In this document: positions 55,750 to 64,000 of the stretch, piece after piece
Layout: each line of letters begins with the position of its first letter
How positions within the stretch are numbered: position 1 is the first letter of the stretch
Assembly: GCA_963815195.1 (NCBI GenBank)
Contig: CAWFGE010000010.1
Location: forward strand, 454,857 to 518,856
Length of the DNA: 64,000 nucleotides
From: an uncultured Planctomycetaceae bacterium
GTDB taxonomy: Bacteria > Planctomycetota > Planctomycetia > Planctomycetales > Planctomycetaceae
Direction of reading: 5' to 3'
The notes under the pieces: generated by a model
Seen by the model: only the letters and a program-made list of their open reading frames with translations
What the model was told of the DNA's origin: nothing
The model's database searches: none
Program-made: the position numbers and the translations under genes

Positions 55750-58022
55750 GAGCGGTGAATGAGGTTCGCGTGGTTCACCCAATCCAGGGTGATTTGGAGG
55801 GATTGATCGCGGGAGATCGGCGGTTCGAAACCCAACAGCTTTCGGGCTTTGTCAATGCTCACAAGCGCGCCGCCGGAGCCCATGTGGCAGAGGCATTCGC
55901 CGCCCGCGGAATCGCGGTGATAAACTGGCAGCGAATCGTCCGCTTTGACGATCTTACGCACCGTCCGTTCCACGCCGGGAAATCGGCTGCAGCGTCCACC
56001 GCGGCAACGTGCCGATGGGGTCGGTGTCCAACACCCGCCGGCCCAAGGATTTAAATTCTTTCGATGCCACGATCTGCTTCATCCCCCGGATACTCCCGAA
56101 AGGCCAGCCCAGAATGCTGCCCACAATTCCCTTTTGTGATTGAGACTGGGGCGGATCGATCGGTGCGTGTGCCAGGTCGAGGTCGAGGTGCTCCGCGAAG
56201 TATTCATAAAAATCCCGCCAAGTCATCGGATCGCCGTCGCTGATGTTGAAATCCTCGCCTCGCATTTTCTCGGCGGGAACGGAGAGGGCTTTCAAGACGG
56301 CTTCGACAAGATTATCCACATAAACCATATCGCAGGCCACATCCGGCGAACCCAGCCAATGAAAGCCATTCGCGGCCATCGCGGTAAGCGGGTTCATGAT
56401 GAAGATTCGCGAAAACGGCCCGAACACGCGGGCCGGCCGGAAAATGCACGCATTCAGGCCCCGCCCGGCGAGGGTTTGGATGACGCGTTCCGCCGCGGCT
56501 TTGGTCTCGCCGTAGTCGCTGCCCCGCGTCGGCTTGAGAGGGGCGGACTCATCCAGCGTGCCGGTCATCGCACTATCGTCGCCATAGACGGAAATGGTGC
56601 TAAAGTGCACGAACCGTTTCACGCCCGCGGCCAGCGAAGCTTCCGCGAGCCGCCGGGTTCCCTCGACGTTGATGGCGAAATTCTTGCGGCGGTCTCCCCA
56701 GACGGTGCCCACCGCGCAGTGGACCACGGCGTCACAGTCTTGGACAAGTCGGCCCACAGTATCCGCCGAGGAAAGATCGCCTTGCACCATCTCCACGGGC
56801 AGACGGGCCAGGCGGCTGGCGTTGCCCGGATTATGGACGAAGGCCCGAACGTCCCAACCTTCCCGAAGCGCGAAAATCTCCGCCGCCCGGCTGCCGATGA
56901 ATCCCGTCGCCCCCGTAATGAGAACGCGGCCTTTCGTTCCGTTTTGATTTTTTAGGGATGCCGTATCTCCTCCCACAAATACCCAGGGTTCGGCCATCGG
57001 CTGCCGCTGTTCGTAGCACGCTTCGATCAAGCGCGAGGTCGCCAAGCGCCGACCGCCCCGAAAGCCGCGGTTCTCGCCCCGTGTGAATCGCATCGACAAA
57101 GTCGTCGATCTGCGTGCGAAACGTTTCGTACCAGGAGGTTTCTTCCGATTCCCCGACCCAACCCGCATCCAACCAATAGCCCCGTTCGTTTCCGGAGAAG
57201 GGATCGGTCAGCGAGAGATCGTGAGGAGTGACCCGAATCCGAAACCGCTCGTTGACCTGGAATTCCAGCGTGCCGCGTTCGCATTCCACGCGGATCAAGG
57301 CTCCCAAATCCCGCGTGCGGGCCAGTTCCACCGTGCCTTCGACCGGCTCGTTCCTGATGGCGGACGCGAACGCGAATGTTAGAGTCCGATTCGATGCCCC
57401 CCAGCGAATTGTCCCGATACTCGATCACCTCGCTCGGCTCATCAAACAAATAAAACATCAAATCCAGCATATGCGAGCCGAAGTCGATCAACACCCCGCC
57501 GCCGGCCCAGTCTTTCCGCATGTTGGCCAACGTCGCCGCCGGCCAGTTGTACATCCCCCCGCCTTCCACATGAAAGGACGTGGGCCGCCCCAGCCAGCCG
57601 CTATCGAGCAGCGACTTCATCAGACGGATGCTGGGGTTGAGCCGGCGAAAGAACCCCACGCTCAGCACCACCCCCTGTTCGTCCGCCGTGCGGACCATTT
57701 CCTCCGCGTCTTCATAGCGGGTGGCCATCGGCTTTTCCACCAGCACGTGGATGCCCCGCCGCATCAGTTCGATCGAACACGGGGCATGATGAAACGGCGG
57801 CGTGGCGACGATCGCGGCATCAATCCGGTCCTTGTCCAACTCGGCCGCATCCGTCAGCACGGTTTTTACGCCGTACCCCTGGGCCAGTTCCTCCGCGCGG
57901 TTGCGATCGCGATCCACCAGCACGCTAAGCTCAATGCCTTCATGCCCCGCCAGCACCGGCAAGTGCATCTGCTGCGAAATCGCCCCGCAACCGATCAGCG
58001 CCAAACGCAAATGCGTCTTCAC
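55746..58022 (-). CDS. Gfo/Idh/MocA oxidoreductase plus NAD-dependent epimerase/dehydratase, probably one fused gene (frameshifted)
   Basis: IGCGAIS, VLVEKP, GGGVLIDFGSH; the tail LIEACYEQRQPMAEPW runs in frame into ITGATGFIG and YGETK. Confidence 0.8.
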
Positions 58023-59049
58023 CGCCGTGCCGCCGAGCCTTCCACTTGTTCCAATTCAGCCGTCGCCATTCAGTCCATCCCATCCAAGTTACGAAACGAG
58101 TGAGCCAATCGCGGGTTTTAGTAGTATCAGCCTGATTTGCGTTCTTTTCCGGATAGAGCGTTGTCCATTCCGAAAAATCGCGGCCGAGCAATTGCGATAG
58201 TTCCCGCGTGTGGCCTTGGAGAATCGGTCTCAAGTATTCCACCGCCGGCGTCTCGTCAACCTTTGCCTTTTCGATGTATCGATAGGTCATCCGCTTAAGG
58301 ATTTTGGGCACATACCCAGGCAACCGCGGTTCCAGGCCTTTCCAGCGCCAATGTTTCAGCATCGTATCCAGAAACACCAGACCCCGGCGGGTTTGCAGCA
58401 ATTCTTGCCGGCTGACATTAAACCGCTTCGACGTTTCAATCGGCACATCGGGATCGACGCCCAGCCACTCGAACAGCCTGCGAAACGTTTCCTCCGGTTT
58501 CGCATTGAGTTCTTCCAAAGTCAGCACAAAAACCTGCTCCCGGCCGAAGGTCTCCAAATAAGGTTTTAATTGCCTGGCATAGTCGCTGCGGGAGATATAC
58601 TCTTCCTTCCGGCGGATCGCCGTCAGCATGTCGCGATCCTCCCGGCCATCTTTGACGAAATACCAATAATGGCTGATCGTCCGCTCGATCGGATCCCTGA
58701 TCAGGTAAATCAACCGGGCCTCTGGGTTAAACTCATAAATCCGCTTCTCGCAGTCTTCCACCCACGGCCGGGCCGTGTAGCTCACGCTCGATTCCCCCGC
58801 ATACTTCACGTCCCCCGCCTCGGCGAACAGTTTTAAGTACCAATCCATCCCCGGCTCCGGAAACGGATTCCCCTGCCCCCAGGCTTCCTTCCATCGCGTC
58901 AAATGCGGCGAAAAATACTGCGGCTCCTTCATCCGAGACATAAAAATCTCCGGATGCTGATGCAAATACTCATGCAGCGAAGAAGTCCCCGCCTTCATCG
59001 CGCCGATGATGAACAGGTTGGGAAAGGTTGACATAGATCCGTATTTCAT
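57940..59049 (-). CDS. Sulfotransferase (true 3' end probably ~58020-58100)
   Basis: PNLFIIGAMKAGTSSL (PAPS 5'-PSB loop), KEP, RDPIERTIS. Confidence 0.92.
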   Translation of the reverse strand: MKYGSMSTFPNLFIIGAMKAGTSSLHEYLHQHPEIFMSRMKEPQYFSPHLTRWKEAWGQGNPFPEPGMDWYLKLFAEAGDVKYAGESSVSYTARPWVEDCEKRIYEFNPEARLIYLIRDPIERTISHYWYFVKDGREDRDMLTAIRRKEEYISRSDYARQLKPYLETFGREQVFVLTLEELNAKPEETFRRLFEWLGVDPDVPIETSKRFNVSRQELLQTRRGLVFLDTMLKHWRWKGLEPRLPGYVPKILKRMTYRYIEKAKVDETPAVEYLRPILQGHTRELSQLLGRDFSEWTTLYPEKNANQADTTKTRDWLTRFVTWMGWTEWRRLNWNKWKARRHGGEDAFAFGADRLRGDFAADALAGAGGA

Positions 59050-59073
59050 GAGACGAATCAGTTTGTAAAGAAA

Positions 59074-60045
59074 CTATAAGTACATATTATTCACGAGTGA
59101 AAGTGACCAATGAGGGAATGCCTTCAAGATGCCGAGCGCAGCCTGCGTCTTACTGCCACCGAATCGCACCGATCGCATATACGTCGAAATGGATCGCCAA
59201 AGGTGCCCCTCGCGCGCCTCAATCCAAGCAAGTCCAGCGAGAGCTCCTGGTATTTCACAACGTGTCGGCGATAAGTCAGCATCGATGGTGGGTGCGACAA
59301 GATGACGCAAGCGATACTCCACACGATTTCTCACCGATTCAAGCGCAGAGCTACTTAGATTGGTCCCATGCAGACGATGGTAGCTAACAATTCGATTGAC
59401 AAAACCAATATCACCCGCACGACAACATTGTGCGCTGAATTCCGCATCCCATCCCAGTCGGTCACTCTCGTCGAAACCACCTACCAACTTCCAAACCGAT
59501 TTGCGAAAAACGATTCGGCTGGCACCAGTGGCAAAGTTACGTTGATTGACAAAATGCTCATAGCAACTCCGACGGTTCAACACATATTGGGCATCTCCGG
59601 TTTCACGGTGAATGAGGTGTAGAATCTCGTCGGCGGGGATGCTATATTGATCTGTAATCGATCCATCTGGGAGCAGGCAACGACTAAGCCCGCAAACCAG
59701 TGCACATTCAGGGTGACGTTCGAGCAAGCCCCCCTGCCATTCAATGCGCTGCGGCAACAAAATGTCGTCTTGGTCGAGCATCGTGATCAACTCGCACATG
59801 GCTGTCTCGACACCAACATTCATAGGTCGACCAGGCCCGCCTGAGTTTCGATGCAGCCGAACCAAGTTAATCGGCACTGGCGAATTCAGGGCAATCTTTT
59901 CTACGATATTTGGCGTTTTATCAGTTGAATAGTCATCAACGACAATTACCTCCTCCGGCAAAACAGTTTGAGCCATGACCGACATTAACGCTTCACCAAT
60001 AAACTGTGCTCCATTATATGAAGGAATAACAAGGCTTACTTTCAT
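59074..60045 (-). CDS. Glycosyltransferase family 2
   Basis: MKVSLVIPSYN, VVDDYSTD, LDQDD; ATGA overlap with the upstream gene. Confidence 0.9.
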   Translation of the reverse strand: MKVSLVIPSYNGAQFIGEALMSVMAQTVLPEEVIVVDDYSTDKTPNIVEKIALNSPVPINLVRLHRNSGGPGRPMNVGVETAMCELITMLDQDDILLPQRIEWQGGLLERHPECALVCGLSRCLLPDGSITDQYSIPADEILHLIHRETGDAQYVLNRRSCYEHFVNQRNFATGASRIVFRKSVWKLVGGFDESDRLGWDAEFSAQCCRAGDIGFVNRIVSYHRLHGTNLSSSALESVRNRVEYRLRHLVAPTIDADLSPTRCEIPGALAGLAWIEAREGHLWRSISTYMRSVRFGGSKTQAALGILKAFPHWSLSLVNNMYL

Positions 60046-60792
60046 AGTCGTGAATCTCCATCCCAGGCAAGCACCCCAATCCCCCGCCCATCCTGCATGG
60101 GATCCTCGATGAAATTCTGTCGTCTGATGGCCAAGTTCCTTGAGTTCCGTCCAAAACTTCGGTACCCCTCCAGCGTCGGCACTCGTGGGCTTGCCAAACC
60201 GGGCATAATGGTCCGGCACGATGTCATGGAAAGCTATCAACCCGCCCGGTCGAACCAGCGGACTATACATCAAATAGTCCTTCCGAACTCCATCGTAGGA
60301 ATGGTCCCCATCAATAAACAAAAAATCGAGTGGTTCTTCTATCAAGCAGGATTTCACCGAATCCAACATGCGGTTCACATGAGAATCGCCATCCAAACAT
60401 CGCAAATCCTGGGAACGCCTCGCAAACTTTTGATGGACTTGTCGGCGCAAATGTCCGATTGAGATCACAAGAAATAATGAGGGCATCTTGAGGGGCAACA
60501 ATTGATAACAGAAACAGTGTTCCACCACGTGAGGTGCCGATTTCACAAAGGCGAGTGGGGGTGCAGATCGCTGATTAGGTCAAGCAAAGCCCGAATTTCT
60601 GTCGATGCTTGATTCGATCGCAAAAAGTACGAATCTCTTACGAGACTCGATCAGTTCATCAAGTGGAAGGGACTCCGCTGCCGACTTAAGATGCGCGAGT
60701 TCTTTCCTCGACCAACGGTATTCGTCGAAACCTTCAACAAAACCTGGTGCGATGGTTTTAAAAACGCGCTTAATGGAAGGCTTCAGATTCAT
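60042..60792 (-). CDS. Class I SAM-dependent methyltransferase (frameshifted)
   Basis: GDSH, DFLFIDGDHSYDGV..DY, GGLIAFHDI, GVPKFW, GIG. Confidence 0.85.
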
Positions 60793-60928
60793 CAATAACG
60801 TCCAAGTTCGTAGATTTGCTGCCTCACATGCCACCTTCATCTCGCCGTTGATTAGCGAGACAAAAAAACTTCAGCATGTGCTATTCTTTTCATCTGTCTG
60901 AACCATTTTTGAGAATTCGCGACGTTCA

Positions 60929-61917
60929 TTATGAACCGAGTCCAATTTCCCACGTAACAGCCGATACCATGCTCCGTTCCTCAAATCGTTCGGATTTAGG
61001 TGACAACAAGTGGCGTAAGAAATCGGCGGTCGGAACTCCCGCGAACCGGACGAATTTCGCAAATCGGCTATTCTGAAGTCGAATCGGTCCCCGCCGGGCG
61101 ATCTCACGGATGTTACGGGCCAGCGTTTGAACCCTTTCACTTTTTAATCGGCATCGACGAGCACGGTGATACGCAACCCAAGCCGACCAAAAAAGTACTT
61201 CGCCCCATTCCTCCAACAGAACAGGCCTTGATAACAGATCGGTCGTCAAGCATTCCAATACGCGAACGTGCCCCGCCACAACTTTTGGCACCGGCGAGCT
61301 TCTGAGGCAGGAGCCAAGATTTCGCCGAATACAACATCCCACGTAATCAACTGCATTGAGCTGCCTCCCCGCAAGTGCCACCCGATACCAAAAGTGCCAA
61401 TCTTCGAATATGGGCATCCCGACGGCAAACCCTCCTAGTTCCCTGGTAAGAGAACGGGGCACAATCCGGTTGGGATTGACGCCGATGTTGCCATGTAAAA
61501 CCGTGGGAAAGAAAGAGCGGCACGGCGGCAGTTTCCTGAAAGGCGGCAGCGGGATTCTCATCAAAATAAGAACTGCCCATAATTGACACGTCTTCGGGAT
61601 ACTGGTCGGACACTTGGCTCAAGACTTCGATCGCTCGCGGTTCCAAGAGATCGTCGGCATCCAGAAACAGCAAATGGGTTCCGCTCGCCGCTTCGATGCC
61701 CGGTGTTGCGGGCCGCCGAAACCCCTTGATTGGACTGCCGAATCAGCGTGATTTTCGATCCGAACGAGCCGGCCACCGCCGCCGAGTTATCCACAGAACC
61801 ATCATCGACGACAATCACTTCATGCGCCGGCCGCGTTTGGTTAGGCGCAGACTCCACACACTCGGCGAGAAACTTCTCGCCATTGTAACAGGGAATAATC
61901 ACGCTGACTTGTGTCAT
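60929..61917 (-). CDS. Glycosyltransferase family 2 (frameshifted)
   Basis: VSVIIPCYN, VVDDGS, SAARNTG, FLDADD, EDW. Confidence 0.88.
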
Positions 61918-61968
61918 GGGGTCTTGCCTTGGATCACACAGGCACGGGACGTGCGGTTGCGCTGGGCA

Positions 61969-62938
61969 TCACGGCTTCAGCCGAAGGCCGAGCAGGTGGC
62001 CGATTGCCGCTGGACAAATTTTTGCAATTCCCGTCAAAGCCGACCAAAATGCCGCCGAGTAACGTATCGCCGTCAAATAGTTAGTGAGGGACTTCCTGTA
62101 TTCACCGTTAATTCGTTCCCAGTACGCTGCCCCGAGCAACCGTCCTTCCAGGTTTGATACGATTTCTCGCCGATCGCCCTCTGTAAGTGAAGGATGCCTC
62201 AAAGCGCCGACAATGACACGGACCGACTCACAGTAAACAATGCGATTCCCATTAATGACTCAAGATTCTCGTCGTGAAGGCGGTGGAGATAAACCGGCCA
62301 GGCGCGTACGCAACGGAAAAGCCTTCCAATGCCAATCGGACCGCAAAGTCGTAATCCCAAGCAACTCGATAACGTTCATCGAATTCACCAACTGAGGACC
62401 AGGCCGATTTCCGGATCACCATGGCTCCAGCGCCGCCAAAAGCATATCCTTCCAACGCCAGGATACGAAACGCCACCTCGGACGGGATCAGAGTTCCGTG
62501 CGAGTCAAAATCTGAGTATCGGTTCTACAACGGGTTAAGCAACTCGCCATCGTCGCGGAAGGCTCGATATTGTCCAAACGCCATCCCTGCTTTCGGATGC
62601 TCGTTTAGCAGCCCGGTTAGATGCTCGAGTTTCCCGGCATCCATCAAATCATCTTGATCGAGGAGAGCGACATAGTCACACTTGCCACATTCGATCCCCA
62701 CGTTCATCGGCTGCGCCGGGCCGCCGCTGTTCTCCTTCAGGCGAATCACCCGCAGCGGAACGGGCGACTCCGATGCCATCTGTTCGACCAACTCCGCCGT
62801 GCCGTCCGTGGACGCATCATCCACCACGATGATCTCGTCCGGCAACAGCGTCTGGGCAAACACCGACTCCAGCGCCTCGCGGATGAACCGCGAGCCGTTG
62901 TAGGTCGGGATGACGACGCTAACCTCACCTGGAGACAT
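61969..62938 (-). CDS. Glycosyltransferase family 2 (frameshifted)
   Basis: VSVVIPTYN, VVDDASTD, LDQDD, FDE..WDYDF. Confidence 0.88.
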
Positions 62939-63000
62939 TTCAGCCTTCTCTGCCTTGAGACATGCCGGTTTCCGCTCCGGTTTTGACTCGGCCGACAAAA

Positions 63001-63284
63001 TCCTGACGCGCGATGTGGACGCCTGCGGAGGCATTGGTCGCGCCCGGGCCACGGGTGACGAAGCAGATGCCGGGGCGGCCGGTCGCCTTGCCGACCGCCT
63101 CCGCCATCATCGCCGCGCCGCCCTCCTGCCGACACACGGTCAGTTGCACGGCACGGTCGTGAAAGGCATCGAGCGCGGCAAGATAACTCTCGCCCGGGAC
63201 GCAGAAGGCGTGGCGCACGCCGTGAACGAGCAACTGATCGATCAGGATTTCACCGCCGGTGCGGGTATTGCTGTTCGCGCGCAT
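63001..63284 (-). pseudogene. Thiamine-pyrophosphate-binding enzyme, N-terminal fragment truncated at a junction
   Basis: TGGEIL, FCVPGESYL, RQEGGAAMMAEA, RGPGATNA..HIARQD, then similarity stops. Confidence 0.85.
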
Positions 63285-63336
63285 GGACCTCTCCGGTTCA
63301 CCTCTCCCCTTTTACGGGGAGAGGCGAACAGAAGCA

Positions 63337-63660
63337 CTACCGCTTAATCGGCGCAAACGAGGTCGGCACCATCAGATTGGTGCGCATGTCGACGATATAG
63401 CCAGCCTCGGCGTTGGCCTTGATGTAGGTCCCCCAATCCGGGTCCTTCGCCATGGCGGCGCGGCGCTGCTCGCGATCGGCGGCGCTCTCATAAGCCCAGA
63501 GGTGGATCATGGTGTTGAGCTCGCCAGTCTCGGCGGTGAGGAAGGCGACCGGTTCACCGAGATATTTCAGCTGCACCGGGAAGGCGTACTTCTCATAAAT
63601 GGCGAGTTGCTGGTTCAGAGTTCCGGGCCTCACCTTGTAGGTGCGATGGTCGACGATCAT
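63337..63660 (-). CDS. NIPSNAP-family protein
   Basis: DHRTY, GELN..HLWAYES..DRE.RRAA..DPDW, PTSF. Confidence 0.9.
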   Translation of the reverse strand: MIVDHRTYKVRPGTLNQQLAIYEKYAFPVQLKYLGEPVAFLTAETGELNTMIHLWAYESAADREQRRAAMAKDPDWGTYIKANAEAGYIVDMRTNLMVPTSFAPIKR

Positions 63661-63747
63661 GCTTTCCTCCCTTGCTGTGCAGTGCGAGATAAAGAACTGT
63701 TTCGCTCCGCTGCATCGGGGTCAAGCGCGATTGCGGCAGGCACGACT

Positions 63748-63843
63748 GTCGTCCCCGCGCAGGCGGGGACCCAGTAAACCGTTCGCTCTGTTAGCTTGTC
63801 GAGAAGTCTCGGCGTACTGGATGCCCGCTTTCGCGGGCATGAC
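63748..63843. repeat. REP-like inverted doublet (alphaproteobacterial type)
   Basis: GTCGTCCCCGCGCAGGCGGGGACCCAGTA ... TACTGGATGCCCGCTTTCGCGGGCATGAC. Confidence 0.8.
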
Positions 63844-63876
63844 GGCAGAGAGAATGGATAGCGTAGCGAATAACAG

Positions 63877-64000
63877 CTACGCCGCTGCTTCCACCGACAC
63901 GACCTGGAAGGTATGCATCTCTCCGTCTTCGTCGCGGATGGAGACGTACTCCCCGGGGCGGAAGACATGGCTGCCGAAACGATAGCCCGCCTCGTCATCG
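63877..64000 (-). CDS. Hypothetical protein, 3' end only
   Basis: DDEAGYRFGSHVFRPGEYVSIRDEDGEMHTFQVVSVEAAA*. Confidence 0.6.
   Translation of the reverse strand, partial: DDEAGYRFGSHVFRPGEYVSIRDEDGEMHTFQVVSVEAAA

Noticed and set aside
59074..60546. Methyltransferase-GT2 fusion (490-aa ORF)
   Set aside because: The methyltransferase tail (GRGIGVLAW) is in another frame and stops at an ATGA overlap at 60042-60045.
1..64000. CRISPR array, tRNA or rRNA genes
   Set aside because: No regularly spaced repeats or RNA-gene signatures noticed by eye; not tool-verified.

Overview
Mostly a high-GC Planctomycete-like region (taxon inferred from recalled protein families) with four parts. (1) 1-10216: a 5'-partial giant secreted polymorphic toxin (Ig-like DxDGDG repeats, Ser/Thr-rich stalk, Hint domain, AT-richer 121-aa tip) plus a 64-aa membrane immunity candidate. 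The Hint domain is about 471 aa long and interrupted by a two-TM hairpin. (2) 10233-12460: nested, decayed IS3 and IS21 remnants. (3) 12501-28374: a ~15.9-kb island bounded by a 164-bp direct repeat from inside a sugar-nucleotidyltransferase gene, with only synonymous differences between the copies. It has no recognisable integrase, portal or capsid, but encodes a terminase-large-subunit-like ATPase/nuclease, a coupled small partner, a DDE-less IS1595-type Zn-ribbon/HTH protein, an ERCC4 nuclease, a sigma-like protein and a kinase-TIR-NTPase-FGE protein. (4) 27926-62938: glmS and a large exopolysaccharide/surface-glycan cluster. The last ~1 kb looks alphaproteobacterial and joins abruptly mid-gene, probably a chimeric junction. 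Many genes carry apparent single-base frameshifts, most likely sequencing errors, so several boundaries are approximate. All family calls come from motif recognition by eye, not database searches.
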